Shown: in pieces, positions 41,131-55,964 of the stretch | How positions within the stretch are numbered: position 1 is the stretch's first letter | Layout: each line of letters opens with the position of its first letter | NCBI GenBank assembly: GCA_964016885.1 | Contig: OZ024743.1 | Span: 63,302,001-63,366,000 of the forward strand | Length of the DNA: 64,000 nt | From: Eledone cirrhosa | Taxonomy: Eukaryota | Direction of reading: 5' to 3' | Position numbers and translations under genes: made by a program | Notes under the pieces: generated by a model | Told to the model about the DNA's origin: nothing | The model's input: only the letters and a program-made list of their open reading frames with translations | The model's database searches: none

Positions 41131-44100
41131 CTTGTGTACTGTGTGTGGCAGGGTCGTGTATAAAGCATTTTTCTATTTATTGATTTCATTTAAAATATTT
41201 ACCTTGAATCATTTAAATCCTTTGATATCAAACCACCTAAAACTGCCCTGGTTTATGATACAAAACTGTTTGTTTTAATGTGCATATATTTATTTTTAAA
41301 TGTTTCACTATAATTTTATGTTATAAGCTTTAAGTTATCCTCCAAACACAAGCTTAATAATATAGTTAGTTATTTTACTAAATCCCTCCAAATTTTTTTA
41401 TCTTCTTCGCCCACTTTTTTTTCAAAATAATAAGCAGGGTCTTTCATTAGAAATATGTTAACAAAATGGTTAACACAAGTTAGGAACAGAACTGGTGGCT
41501 TTCTAAAGCCTTTGGTTGTGTGTTTCACTGAAGATGTTTAAATCCTGCTGAGGTCAACTTTGCCTTGTCATCCTTTTGGGGGTTGATAAAATAGAGTACC
41601 AAACCAGGTAGCAGTGGATTGGCAGAACTGTTAAAGAGTTAGACAGAATATTTTGTAATATCTGATCTAGCCTTTGGTGTTCTGGGTCCAAATCCAACCT
41701 CCTTTGACCAGCAGATAGTACCAGCAATGGACTGACCATTGGAGACAACTTCATAACATACTGTTTAAACATTTTAATCCACTTGAAGAGTACAAGTTTA
41801 GTTGATCTCCTACAGAGCTGTGTCTCATAGGAGGTTTCATGGGTGCTTTAGTGAGAAGGGCCTCAGTCTTATGACAATGAAGAATCATGCTTAAGAATGC
41901 AATATGCCACTCAAAACAAGAATTGAACCCACAACCTTATGATTGTGAGTTCAACACCCCAACCACTAGGCTATGCACCTTCACTATGAACAGACTCCAT
42001 AATATATACACCAACATATAAAATTAGATATTTCACAAACTTCTCAAAAAAAAAACAAAAAAAACTTTATATTGAATTTAATTTAAACATGTAGGCAGTC
42101 TACTAATGAAACTAATAGTCAGGGAGGGTTAATACTATGAAATCTAATGGAAACTGAATGCAGTAGTTTGACATAATTACACATTAAGGTGTTCTCTGTT
42201 GTATCACTGTTTGCAGTAACACAGAAATCCTAAAACTTTTAGACCAGTGACCACCTACATGGTAACCTTGACCTCTCATCAATTCCTGGCATGTACAAAA
42301 ATAAACAAACAAAATATAAAATAAATAATAGACCATAAAGACAATATTTAATCTCTTCTAAAAAATTACACTAGTTTCCTTGCTGTAATACTATTTCAAA
42401 ACTCTTTAGTTTTAACGTTGAGGTTCACAATTGTAGAACTGTAAATATACTTTAGTTGTAGAAGTGATGTCCAAACGAATATCTTCCACCACCAACTAAC
42501 TTGTCCTCCGTCTCTGGATCCCATCCAACAGGATGAAGAATGTATTGCTCTGGAGGACAGTGAGGGAGACACTCTGAAACAGCCACTCCACCTCGCAAGC
42601 AGCCAACTCTGCCCCCTAATATATAAATCAGAAACCTGTATAGACAACTTGTATTTTATTGTATTATTTTTAATATTTTCCTTTCTTACATAAATAACAG
42701 ATTTTAGCCAAAAAGTTCAATAGACTTCTGGAGTCATTATCAGATCACTTTCAAGACCCCTGACCAAAAATATAACCTAAATAACATTGTGAACATCATG
42801 GCTGACAGATACCTTCATAAATGAAGCCAAGTATGTGCATTATTAACAAAACTTGTTAACTACTGCCAATATGACATCTAGACTTTCAATATCTTATGTA
42901 CAGTCTTATCAAATTAATTGATGGTCTGCATATAATCATTTAACAGACATTTTCCACGCGGACATAAATTGGCTAAGTTGTCAGGGTCCAAGACTAGGCA
43001 GGACTGAGAACCACATCATGCCAATATGTTCCATTTTTTACTGAATTTCCTTCCCATTGCCTGCCCCATGAAAAAGTGTATGGAGTGTTTTTATCATGAC
43101 GCTAACACTAGTGAATTTGCCTTGAATTTTGTGAGACAAAGAGCACTCATCACTACAATGTCTTTGCTTGCTCATTTAACCCTTTCGTTACCATATTTCT
43201 AATGAAAGACACTTCCTACGATTTTCAAATAATTTAGTAAATAGCCAAAAATTTGAAGGGATTTAGTAGTATAACTAACTTTCTCATTATCTGGTGTTTG
43301 AAGAGAGCTTGAAGATTCTTACATAAAATTATGATGGAAGGTTTCTAAATAAATACATGCAATTTCACTCTTAAAGTCCTAAATCACATGAAACCACATT
43401 AACAAGACATTTTTGAAAAATACAAAACAGCATTGCATTAAATATCAAAGTCTAAAGCTGCAAATTTCCATACCAACTAGTACAAATACTACAAACATTT
43501 GAATTAACAAATTCTTCTTTTTTTTTCTTTAGATATTTTCTGCTAAATCCTGACAAGATATTAAAGAGTTAAAACAAGCAATTTTGTATTAGTTGTAGTT
43601 TCAGGTGGCTTGGTGTCAAAAAGGTTAAGTAGAGAGAACACGTTTTCAGAAAAATTATTTTCCAACTTAGTTAACTCAGTAGATAGAGAACTGTTAAAAT
43701 TTGCAGTAAACTAAAGTAAACACTTTAATCATATAATCTGATAGAGTCATAGCACTGTTTTGTATTTTTCAAGAATATCTCGTAAATGTGCCTTCATGTG
43801 GTACAGGATATTAAGAGTTAAAGAAAATAAACGAGGTGAGAGAAGGTGGTTAGATTTTTTCATGTAAAATGGGAGGAGGAATAAATTTCTTTTTAAATAT
43901 CAACCATTGAGTGTAGTGAATGTGTTGAGTCATTAAACAGGGTTCTTTGAAGTTTCTTCCACCTTAAATTATCAATTATATTCATAAGGTTTCCTAAGTA
44001 TAGGATTTGTTTAGTAAAATCAAATACTTGGAATAATTTATACAGCCTGTAGAGTTTAAGATGTTTACGGAAACTGGGACACTGACAACAAGGTTCTTGC

Positions 44101-44674
44101 TATTGTTGGTGGCTAGGCTCACTATACCAACAGATCAGGTGGTGCTTGCAAGGGCACTTGATTATTCCAGTATCTTAGGCTCGCTATCACTCACTGGTGT
44201 TGGCTTGCCTAAAAAGTTATTAGAGTGAAAGTCCAGTGCTCCTTGTTGTAGCATGTGATTGAATGTGCAAATCTTCTTCCACTTTGTTTCTTCTGCTTTT
44301 TTTTTTTTTTTTTAAATGTAAATTGTATTATGTCTTCTAATGAAACCAGCTTATACATGTACATCTGTATACACATGTAATGTGAATGCTTCAAAGTTTT
44401 ACAATTCATATAAAATAATCAAAATTACAGACATGAAACACCAACCACAGAATGTTATCTGAAATAATTTTTTTTTTAAATTAAAAAAAAATTCACTTTC
44501 TCTCTTGGTACCAAACTGCCTAAAACCAGGCCTTGTTCTATAATACAAAACTTTATATTTATCTTTAAAAAGAAAAAAAAATTACGCATACACGCACGCA
44601 CACACACACACACACCATAATTTTATGTAAGAATTTCTATTAAGTTATATTTTAAACACATGCATAATAATTAA

Positions 44675-45340
44675 TCCCACCACACTGAGCTAAACCTGAT
44701 CATTAATCGGGCCCTGGCTCGGGTAAATATCGCCTCAGTTCTGGAGTCAGTTGGATTATCCAGAAGTGATGGGAGAGTCCAGGCGGCCTCACCCTGTGTC
44801 TCTGCGTAAGAGGTAGTTGTCACATCTGCAACGCTAGTCAGTGACTCTTTTGCTCCCTCCCACATCTTGGACACTGCGGTGAATGTGGGGGTCACTATTT
44901 CCGTTGTTGAACGGAATAAAATTTGAAAATACCTAGAAATACCTAAAATTTGAAAATATCTAGTAATTACTTTTTCCAGCCTGTGGCGTTCGAGATGTTT
45001 GGTGGAGTTGGGCCACTGACAGCGAAATTCTTATCACTGGCGGCTCATCTTACTGAGATGTCAGGTGATGCCCGTGAGGGTGCCCGGCTGTTTCAGCACC
45101 TTAACCTCTTCATCACCCACGGTAATGCTGTAAGCATATTGGCTTGCTTCAAAGTGGTTAGTTAACCCTTATGATGTGATGTGCGGATGATTGTCGCCTT
45201 TTTTTTTCTTTCTTCCCTCTCTTTTGTGTTTATATTTGTGTTTATCAACAAGATTATATTTGTAATGTTCTTCTGAACAAATTGCAAGCAATTTATAACA
45301 TTTACACATTTGTAATGCTATTCATACAACTGAATAAAAA
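44675..45340 (+). pseudogene. CRE-clade non-LTR retrotransposon C-terminal (restriction-like endonuclease) remnant
   Basis: HTELNLIINRALARVNIASVLESVGLSRSDGR.. and FQPVAFEMFGGVGP..GDAREGARLFQHL..HGNAVSIL. Confidence 0.7.
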
Positions 45341-46409
45341 GTTTTTCCAAATGATTTTAAAATCATAAACAGTCTTTCATTAGAAATATGATGATTAAAT
45401 GATTAAACTCCATTTGTATGTTGGTATTTGCTTTTTCTATTCATTTCTATTAAATTTTTCAGTTCAGCACTCAAATTCCTATTGTATGTATAAATGAAAA
45501 TAAAGATAAATTATATTGAATTAAACTTCACTCAGAAAATTACACCCACAATAGCACAGGACACAACTAAAGCAACCTGTTGGAAATAAGTACTTTTTTA
45601 TTATCAGACAAATACCTCCCAACTTGTCAGTCAAATCATGTTACTACACACAATACAGTTATTCCATGATGTGTAAGGTGTGAATCAGCCATTAGTGTGA
45701 GTACATTGAACTGACTGTGGAAAGCATTTAATCTATAGTTAACAGCCATGAGTTTAACTTAAGCTGACCTAAATATGATAAACATGAGTGTATTTAAAAT
45801 AAAAATAATAATAACAATAATAATAATATTTCTTTTGTGTAGGCACAAGGCCAATTTCATGGAAAGTGGAAAAGGAGTAGTTGGATTAATTATATATTAC
45901 AGGTATATATTTTACTAATGCTGAAAAGAATAGAAAGTAAAAAGTTGACCTGTCATAATGGTTTCTGATTTGGGCAAAAGGCCAGTAATTTTGGGAGGGA
46001 TGGGAAAGTCGATTAAATCAACCCCCAACGCATGACTAGTATTTTATTTTATCGACCTCATAAGGATGAAAGGCAAAGCTAACCTCGGTGTCATAATAAA
46101 ACAAATTCAGAACAACAGATGGTGAATTAAATTCTTTAATATCTCCAGTGCAGTTCATTCAAATTTACATTGGTTCAATGTTCCCTCAATTTTTTCCAAA
46201 ACACTGAGTTGGATGATTGATGATTTGAGCCCCACCAGTACAATGATTGTATGGTTGTCTACTTCTTTAGTATGGAAAGAACATTACACTGGCTCCACTA
46301 TACTGATATTAACAATATTGCCCGTATAACATTTGTATTTAGATTTTTAATGTAGAGAAAACAGGATATTGTAACAGTCATACTTTTTTATGAGACTATC
46401 AGCAACATC

Positions 46410-46669
46410 GGAGGCATGCAGCCTAGTGGTAAGGATGTTGGACTTACGATCATAATGTCATGGGTTCGATTCCTGGGCTGGGTTGTATGTTTTGTTCTTG
46501 AACAAAACACTTCATTTCATATTGCTCCAGTATACTCAGCTGTAAATGAGCAATAGCTGAGGGTTTAACCCTGCAATGGACTGACATCCTGTCCAGGGGG
46601 AAGTCTTGTACTCTCAGTCACTTCACACCATGAAACTGAGATAAGCACCGGCCTAATAAGCCTTCTGGT
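46410..46669 (+). mobile_element. tRNA-derived SINE (relatives on the minus strand near 29080-29295, 41800-41985, 48800-49020)
   Basis: A-box-like gcctagtggt, B-box ggttcgattcc, central ttcttgaacaaaacact domain. Confidence 0.7.
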
Positions 46670-46883
46670 TTAACCCTTTAGCAATTAAACCGGCTTTATC
46701 CGACCAGAATTCTCTCACCTCTTTCTGTTCAAACTAGCCGTAAGTGGCCCTTCATGCAGACTTTAAGGTATTGTTCTCAAAATAAATAATACCAAAATCT
46801 CATAGATTCGATATTATGTGAGATAAAGCCTTTACTCTGAAAATATAATAGTAAATAGAGTAATGTAAATGCTAAATGGTTAA
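46670..46883. mobile_element. Second piggyBac-type MITE family
   Basis: TTAA-CCCTTTAGCA...TGCTAAATGG-TTAA. Confidence 0.6.
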
Positions 46884-47378
46884 GACAAACTTAGATCAGT
46901 AGCATAGGTTAAATGAAATAAATGCAACTGGGCATCAAAATTAAATTATAGGCTGAATTTCTAAGAAGCTACATGCATAAAAGTTATTAAAAAAACAATA
47001 AATAAAAAAAAAACAATTATTTTATCCTTTTACTTGTTAAAGTCATCCAACAGCAGCCATGATGGGGCACCATACTGAAGTTGTAAGGAATGGCCTCAAG
47101 AATCAACCTCACGAATGAGATGGCACAGGATCAAGCTGACAGGCAATATGCTATATTACATACTCCATGAAAATTGCATCCAGTACATTCTGTAAGGTGA
47201 TTGGCATTAGGAAAGGCTTCCAACCATAAAAACCATGCCAAATATGGAATGTATAAGCAAGATGGGTCAAACTCATCTGGTCTCAAACTATGACAACCAC
47301 TAGTAACCCATGCTAGTATCAAAAGCATACATAAAATGATGATGCTGGTGGTTTATTTATTTATTTATTTATTTATTT

Positions 47379-47380
<2 letters not shown>

Positions 47381-47425
<45 letters not shown>

Positions 47426-47534
47426 AAGAGAGCAAGAGAGAGAGAGCAAGAGAGAGCAAGAGAGCAAGAGAGAGAGAAAGAGAGAAAGAGCAAGAGAGAG
47501 AGCGAGAAAGAGAGAAAGAGCAAGAGAGAGAGCA

Positions 47535-47565
<31 letters not shown>

Positions 47566-47608
47566 AAGCGAGAGAGAGAAAGCGAGAGAGAGAAAGCGAG
47601 AGAGAGAT

Positions 47609-47646
<38 letters not shown>

Positions 47647-47776
47647 CGAGAGAGAGAGATAGCGAGAGAGAGAGAGAGAGAGAGATAGCGAGAGAGAGAG
47701 AGAGAGAGAGATAGCGAGAGAGAGAGAGAGATAGCGAGAGAGAGAGAGAGAGAGAGATAGCGAGAGAGAGAGAGAT

Positions 47777-47848
<72 letters not shown>

Positions 47849-47915
47849 CGAGAGAGAGAGAGATAGCGAGAGAGAGAGAAAGAGAGAGAAAGAGAGAGAT
47901 AGAGAAAAAGAGAGA
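47381..47915. repeat. Compound (GA)n microsatellite
   Basis: GA runs interrupted by GCAA and TAGC. Confidence 0.97.
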
Positions 47916-50900
47916 ATGGGTTTCTACAGTCTCCATTTACCAAGTGTTTCTTTCATTCACAAGGCTTCACTTACAAGGCTTTTGATAAAAGCATTGAAAA
48001 TGTTAGAACATTTTTAGGGTTCTATAAAAGAAAAATTTCGATGGCTGAGTACAATATTGTCCTATTAACTTGAGTTTGTATCCTTTAAGAGGAGTTGCAT
48101 TTCATTGGAATGATTGAAAATTTAGGCTGACACTAGCAGCAAAAGAAAGAGAAGAAACAGATTGTCAGATCAGACCAAGGAAATTGTTTCTATTGGTCTT
48201 TCCATTTCAGTTACTATCTGTCAGTTACAACTACTGGCAGAAGTGTTACTCCTTTTCCATTAAATGGAGGTAGGATATGAACTAGGAATGTACAGAGCTG
48301 GAACAGATACTTTAAACAATTCTGTCAAATTCATCACTCTTTAACTGATACTTTATGAACGCATGAAAGGTAAAGTTGACTGTAGTGGGATTTGAACTCA
48401 GAACTCAGAGAACCAGCACAAATACCAAGTCTTTTAATTCAATGCTCTAACAACTCTAACAATTCGCTATCAAATGGGATCCCAAACTATTTAATTTTAG
48501 GAAGAAGTCTGTGCATTTTATTCAGTTGATTCAAAATAAGGTTAACATCGTGTATATCAGGTTTAGGATAGATACACCATATTGTGTTGTAAGAGACAAC
48601 TAAAAGGAGACACACCAAAAAGGGCATCCAGCTGTAAAACATTGCCCTCTGGGATTAATATGAAATCTCTCATAAGGCCTACATGATTAACCATTGTCTT
48701 AGCAGTGAAAATGGCCTTAAAATGTTTGTAGTTGGTTATAGTATTTAAAATCAAGTTTATAGATTAGCAGTAAAAATGAAATTACAGCTCATACCTATGT
48801 AGGTTTATCTGACCTCCAACAAAGTTGTATCACATAGGAGAATTATCACTTTCTTTTTTTGTTTTGGATTTGGGGGTAATGATAGAGGAATATTCCTATC
48901 ATAGAAAGCAGCATGAAATGAAGCATCTTGCTCACAAAACACTATCTGGCCCACAAATTGAACTCATTACCTTATGATCATAACTCTAGCATCCCTAAGC
49001 ACTAAGTCATACACCTTCAACACTAAAAGAAAATCTCAATCAATGAAAAAGAATAGAAATGACATATTGGAATTCTGCATTCATGTTAAAGGTGAGTCAG
49101 TTTAAAAGCAAAATAAACCAATGTTTTATACATAAAACACCTATTCAAAAACAAACTAATCATTTTAATTAGAAAAACACAGTCCTTAGCTAGCAGACAT
49201 TTTAACTCTTAAGATACAATGAATATTGGTGTATATACTTTCATATAAACGTCTATTATGAATCACACTATGCTAGTTCTACTGCTGAGTGAACAGATTG
49301 GTAACATTTGTAATATTAGAATAAAGACTAATTTTTTAATGTGATGTAGTCACAAGAATGTTTTGCTAATGTTTTATGTGGTATAGGACATTAACCCTTT
49401 TGATAACATGCCCGGAACTATCCCTGGGTTTATTACATAAAATTGCTCCTTTAAAACTTTATATTTATATTAAAATGTTTCATCATAATTTCATGTAATG
49501 GTCTTTAAGTTAAGCTCCAAACATCAGCTTAGCAATTTCTGATTTAGGTACAAAGTCAACAATTTTGTAGGGGGAAGGAAATCGATTAAATCAACCCCAG
49601 TGTGTACTTTATTTTATTGACTCATAAAATATCTATATGCCACATAATGAAAATAGTTATTTTACTAAAATTTTTTACAAAATTTTCAAAATTAATTAAA
49701 ACAGAAGCAATGTATTTCATTAGAACTATGGTAATGAAAGAACTAAGAGTTAAAAGTGGTAGAAACATGCTTATGGTAAAAGAGTTGTTTTGTTTGTTGT
49801 TGTTTTTCTGAACCGGCAGAACATGAGATTGTGACAATAGTTTATGATTTTAAGTCTGAACCAATATGAAAGAATTAACAAGCTATGTACAGGATATCAG
49901 CAATTTCCTGTTATATTAATGGTTAACAGTGCAGGTATTTCCTTTTTGCAGTTCAATATATTGATGGCTAATACGCTACAGTGATTTCCTTTGCAAGATC
50001 AATGTTATTAACAGTACAAGTTAAATAGTATAACTTATTTTGTTTGTTTGCTTGGTTTTTATATATAATTCAATATCAGTAGTTCTGGTAATTGTCCTTT
50101 GTAGAAAATAAATAAATAAACAAGCAGCCACACTAGTATAAATTAATAGCATCTCTTCATTTAAACTGACTAATCAAGTTACAGCAGTTCCATATTTTAA
50201 TGACTAAGCAATGCATTTTGTTTTTTTATATACATATTTTTTAAATCTCCAGCTCTGAGTTTCCAGTAGTAAGGTATGTTAAGAAGGAAAATTTAACTCC
50301 ATTTTGATCACATTTTTCATAAAATACACTGTATTAATGAAAAATAATGTATTAATGAAAAATTTGGAAGGATTTACTAAATATCTTAATTATTTCATGA
50401 TTAAGATGGTATTTGTAACATAATCTTATAAAAAGGTTCTTAAATACATATTAAAAACTAAATATTAGAAGTATTTAGAAACATGCAAGATAAAAAAATA
50501 AATATTAGAAATATGTAAGATTTACCCCACCCCCTTAGCTATGTGAGAGGTCAGTGTCGGATTGGATATGGTCTATGACAATCTGTCCAACCTTTGCTAG
50601 CAGGGAGAACAGATGTTAAATGATTATGATGATAAACACTTTAAAATAAACAGCTTAGTATCAAAGAAACAGGAAGATTGTTAAGGTGGTTTGGGATCAA
50701 AAGTGTTAAATTAAATTTGTAGAAAAGTGGGAAAGAAAAAAAAGTTTATGATGTGACTTGGTTTAGAAATATGTTTATAGAATGTATTTTTTATCTATAT
50801 CTGCTTTTAAATGAAGATTACATTATTGAGGTACATTTTTTGGTAAAACATTTTACTTTATCTTAAGAAGATCCAATATAGATTTTACTTGAAATTACTC

Positions 50901-51567
50901 CTCCGCTGATGACTATGTTATTAGTTAACTCTTAACATCCTGTACCACATGAAATCACATTAACAAGATATCCTTGAAAAGTAAAAACAGCTCTATGACT
51001 GCAGCACATGAAAAATTGAAGTCTTTACTGCAAATTCTATAAACAAACATGTTTTTAGATATTTTCTTAATCCTTAAAGGTGTCATGACTGGAGTATATA
51101 GGTGAGATATATTCTTACTCTCAGATAAGATTTGCTGATCTATTCTAGGCCACAGCCTACTTACAGCTAGTTGAAATTGCAGCAGTAAAATAGAATTAAA
51201 CAACTTAGGAAACAACTTGTCGTGAGATAAACTTGTTATCTATGTCCAAAACAAGTCCCAGTAATTCATCAAAAGACACAAATGCACTCTGGTACCCTCA
51301 TCATGAGAATTAACCCTGAACTGATATCTTATCTCAACAGTGGAGTCATTGTTCTAACGGTTAAATTACTGATTACAAGATACAGTCTCAGTTTTAGTGG
51401 TATTCAGCCCAAAGTTCTGACGAGAATTAGAGTATCTTCATATTGTGTGACATTGATCACATTCATGCAATTTTAATCTTCAAGTATTATTACTGTTATT
51501 ATTCAGAAGGTTTTGCTAAAGTAATAAAACTGAACTAATAACATTATATAATCTCCTCATTATATAA

Positions 51568-51752
51568 GGGTGGTGGATTGGCAGTATCGGTAGAGCGTCA
51601 GACACCATGCTTTGCAGCACAGAGTTACGGCCCTTTACACTCAAATTCCGCCAAGGTTAACCTTGCCTTTTATCCTTACAAGGTCGATAAAATAAACACC
51701 CGTAATGCACTGGGGTAATTGCTGGCCTTGTGCCAAAAGTAAAAGCAATTAT
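51568..51752 (+). mobile_element. tRNA-derived SINE with Nin-like central domain (relatives at 39085-39230, 41545-41610, 45955-46090)
   Basis: tggcagtatcggtagagcg head; gccttttatccttacaaggtcgataaaataa resembles the Nin-domain consensus as I recall it. Confidence 0.6.
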
Positions 51753-52017
51753 ATATTTTCCTCAACCAGAGGTAGAAGTACTCACTGGTAAGCAAAACTA
51801 AATTGATATTTTGCAATATAAATATTTTAAACTAAATAGTCTTGTATCATAAAACCAGGAACGATTTCAGGCAACTACGTATGAAAATGGCTGATGTTGT
51901 GCAATCACTATTACATAAACTAATGTTTACATCAAGATGTATCTTGATTTGTGTCAGGAGGATATTCTTTCATCTAACGAGTGAATCTATTACAAACTCT
52001 ATAACCAAACTTCATGT

Positions 52018-52249
52018 TTAACCCTTTAGTTACCAATCCATCCAAAACTGGCTCTGGTTCTATGAAATAAAACCACCCATTTTAAAGGTTTCCAATTTAA
52101 ATTAAAATCTTCCAACATAATTTTATATAAGAACTTTACATTAAGTTACTATCTTACTAATGAAATAATGATTTTAGTAAATCCCTCAAAATTCTTCAAT
52201 AATTAAAATACAAGGTACTTCATTAGAAATGTGGTCATGAAAGGGTTAA
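52018..52249. mobile_element. piggyBac-type MITE (TTAA-CCCTTT...AAAGGG-TTAA); diverged relatives at ~41212-41473, 43176-43628, 49391-49752, 50293-50710, 63137-63642
   Basis: TTAA at both ends, short terminal inverted repeat, shared internal ccatcataattttatgtaagaa motif. Confidence 0.7.
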
Positions 52250-53206
52250 GTCTCAAGACAATATGGAGTTATTTTTCAAAATGTTATAAAATTGGTTTCA
52301 CATATACAGTAAGACAAGAGAAACCATAGTAACAGAATGAATCATGTTGACACTAAATTGCTGATTTTCTTTTAGGTCAGCCAGCCATATTATCTCCAAA
52401 ATCCAAAGAGCAAAGGTTTCAACAGGTGAAAATAAAGGTCACCTTGTGTCAAGAAAAGGATAAAATAAGTCACTATGTCACTGAATCAACCTTTAATGCA
52501 TTATTAATAATTTTACAAATCTCAGTTGTAACAATCTAATGCTACTGCTGCTGCCTGTCCTACTGACCAATCTGCCTTCAGCCAAAGAGTGGCACTAATT
52601 CTCCAGAGTAAGAATCTTACATGTGATTTTATTGCAATTTGCCATTGGAAGTTATCAAGGATCTATTAAGATTGAAAATTTTGAATAAAATCATGTTTGA
52701 CATCATACAGCTTCAAATGTTATATACACACGTGTGTGTTTGTGTGTGTAATGTCTGTGTTTATGTTTGTTTATGTCCCCTAACCTAGCAGTTTGACAAA
52801 AAGAGATCAATAAAATATGTACCAGACTTGAAAAAAAATATGTATTGGGGTTGCTACAATCAACTAAATCCTTTCAAGGCAGTGTGCTAGCATGGCCGCA
52901 GTCTAATGATTGAAACAAGCAAAAGAATAAAATAGTAAAAGGAGAAGCAACTACTGAAACTTTCCCTTGATTCCACCTGAATAATTTGGTATCCTGATAT
53001 TACAAAAGAAGATAAACAAAATGAAAGAGGAAAAATTTCAAATAAATAAAACTTAAATAAACAAATAACTTCCAGCATCTCGGGGAAACCAATCCTTTTT
53101 AGTTTATACACAGTATGTGTGTATACAACAGTGTGGTTTCATTTATAAAGAAATAGTTCTTTTACAAATAAGAAAGAAATAGTTATTATACATACACAGA
53201 GAACAT

Positions 53207-53570
53207 GTGTAGAGTGGAGAGAAATGAAGCAGCCATGCTTCGTTGGATGTGCAATGTAAGTGTGAGAGAAAGGCAGAGCTTGGATGAGCTGAGCGAGAAG
53301 CAGGGTTTAAGAGGAATCCAAGGTGATATGCAGGAGAGAAGACTGCATTCTTATGGACATAATGCTCATGGATGATGATCCCAGTGGAAGGAAGTCGCAG
53401 TAGAGGTTGACCAAGAAAGACCCAGACAGAGGTGGTGAGAGCTGACCTCAAATCGCTGAGACTCACAAAGGAGATGAAGAAGGAACACAGCATTTGAAGA
53501 GATGCTGTGCTGAGAAAAACCCACCCAACCCATGCAAGCTTGGAAAAACAGACATTATGATGATGGTGAT
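53207..53570 (+). pseudogene. Old RTE RT C-terminal/3' fragment (similar relic at 61750-62120)
   Basis: Degenerate ERNEA.MLRWMCN..QERRL...GH..GRPRKT.. reading with stops, then an RTE-like tail. Confidence 0.7.
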
Positions 53571-54107
53571 AAAGAAATCATATAATGATTCTTATATAAA
53601 GCACAGGCATGGCTGTGTGGTTAAGGACCTAGCAGCACAACCACAGGATACTAAGTTGGGCAAGTGTCTTCTACTATAGATCTCAGGTTGGCCAATGCCT
53701 TGTGGGTGAAATTTAGTAGACAGAAACTGCAGAACCCCATCATTTATGAATATATGTCTGTGTGTATGTGTGTCAGTGTTTATATCTGTAAAAAAAAAAA
53801 AAATATATATATATAAGGTCCCAAAACCAAGAGATAATTTAATCCACTGAAACCTAACAATATTTCAGCTTGAAATCCTCACAATTCATCACAAATTCCT
53901 CACAATCCAAGATGGAGCACTAAACTTAAATCAAATATGTGTAATTCTGAACAGAAATAATGTTAGGTTTGATTTATTAGCAGGTTAAAACATTCATTAG
54001 GCCTAGTGTTCACCTGCTGAAAACCTCATTAGTTGGAAATCCTCACTCCAAACTGATAACTGTCATCACTGACCTTCAGTTAATGAGATTCAGAGTGTTT
54101 TAGATAG

Positions 54108-54596
54108 ATTATATATTTATATATATAAAGTTGTATTCCTGTCTGTTTATTCACGAACTACTATGGTTTTGGAGATAGACCCCCATAACCATATATATTC
54201 TGAAACTACATTGCCCAGGGTACTTGGATAAGTATATTTCATTTTAATCAAAGGGTTCCCGGGAGCACAAAACCCCCGCAGAAAATTTTTTCCCTTCGAA
54301 TTATATGAAATTTAAACCATAGGTAAATGACAAGATATGATGCCTATTCACAAAAGTTTTGAATTGATATTTTGAAAAAAATTATTTACAAGAAACAAAA
54401 GATTTAATAATGTAATTTTGATTTGATATATTACAAAAAATAATGTTTCCAATTTTCCATTCATTACATTTTACATTGAGTAATATTGAAATGCAGAGTT
54501 TTTCTCCATAAATTCTATCACTGATTTAAAATCAATCATCATTTTCTTACAAAAAAACATGTGTGAAACGCAGCAAGGCACGGGTAATTCAGCTAG
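54108..54596 (+). mobile_element. Non-autonomous Helitron-like element
   Basis: 5' tatatataaagttgtattcctgtctgttt; 3' degenerate GC-rich hairpin (..gcacgggt) followed by CTAG|T. Confidence 0.5.
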
Positions 54597-54598
54597 TG

Positions 54599-54629
<31 letters not shown>

Positions 54630-54632
54630 GAG

Positions 54633-54778
54633 AGAGGTTTATATAGAAAAGGCTTCTACAGGATTAGAACTGTTTCATTCCAGTTGAAGCTTTTCTATAT
54701 AAACCTCTGTCACCACTGTACTTATGTATTGAGAGTACCTTATTTATTGTGGTTACCTCCGACTACTCAGCGTCAACA
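54633..54778 (+). mobile_element. Fold-back PLE-type mini-element (24-bp inverted repeat + tail) with a hammerhead 3' half on the minus arm
   Basis: agaggtttatatagaaaaggcttc / gaagcttttctatataaacctct; minus strand GAAA-CAG(ttctaatc)CTG-TA-GAAGC. Confidence 0.6.
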
Positions 54779-54804
54779 TACATACATACATATATAAATA
54801 TTGC

Positions 54805-55127
54805 ACCTCTCAAGGGCAATGACACACGACCGTGACCTCCCACGGGTACAAGCTGAAGCATATAGACAATATGCCCCCACCCTCTCCCACTGCAAAAAAG
54901 CACCCAGCCTACGCTGTAAAGTGGACGTATAGGCTCCATGGAAAAAAAGCTCCCAGCAATCACTGTAAATGAGGTTGGTGTTAGGAAGGGCATCCAGCTG
55001 TAGAAATCAAGCCAGAATCAGTTCCCGTATGAGCAAGACAAGGTCAGCCGACTGGATTGCCCACAATAGGACAACTCGTCTAACCCATGCTAGCGTGGAA
55101 GAACGGACGTAAAACGATGATGATGAT
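54805..55127 (+). mobile_element. RTE LINE 3' fragment
   Basis: Matches 10205-10589 (ggtacaagctgaagcata..aggaagggcatccagctgtagaaatc..(GAT)n) with small deletions. Confidence 0.85.
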
Positions 55128-55135
55128 ATATGCAT

Positions 55136-55181
<46 letters not shown>

Positions 55182-55686
55182 CACTAAATTATTTGTCTCT
55201 AATATAAATATATATTTTTCTTTCCTATTTCAATACCAAAGATCAAACACAGAAAAAGAATAAAAATGTGGAAGATGAAGCAAGCAGTTCTCTGTAAAAA
55301 TGGTATTGATATGGTGGTTAACAAACCACAATCGATATCTATTTTATTTTCCTGACAAATCACATGATCTACTATATTTTTCTACTATTGAGAGTAGATA
55401 CTGATAGTATGTATATGTATATAATTTTATGAGGAGAGAAAGATGCTAGAGAGAAGTGGAAAGGAGGGGAAGAGGTAGAAAAGAGGGAGCAAAGCAGAGA
55501 AGGGTATAGAGGGAGATGGTCAAAAGGAGAGGGAGAAAAGTAGGAGAGAGGAGTGGAAAATGGGAGAGAGGTGGAAAAGAGAGAACGAGGTGAAAAGGAG
55601 GTAGAGAAAATATTGGAAGAAAATGGAAAGAAAAGACCAGAGAAGATAAAGCAAAAAAGATAAGATGGGAAGGTGGGGGAGGGGGG

Positions 55687-55769
<83 letters not shown>

Positions 55770-55964
55770 AGAGGAGAGAGAGCTGTGCAGACTAACAAAC
55801 CAACAACAGCATGATTTTGACAAGTAGTTAGTTACTGTCAGTAACCATATTAAATAAACAAGGCATACTAAAATACTAATAAAATAAAATAAAAGCCTGC
55901 TCAGGCACACGATTATAGCCTATGTCCAGCAATTATGTTCAGAGCTAATAAAACAAGGGTTGTG

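Noticed and set aside
44150-44300. Minus-strand reading LDFHSNN as a possible LRR exon
   Set aside because: Surrounding residues do not fit the LRR consensus or Scribble, and there is no proper acceptor site.
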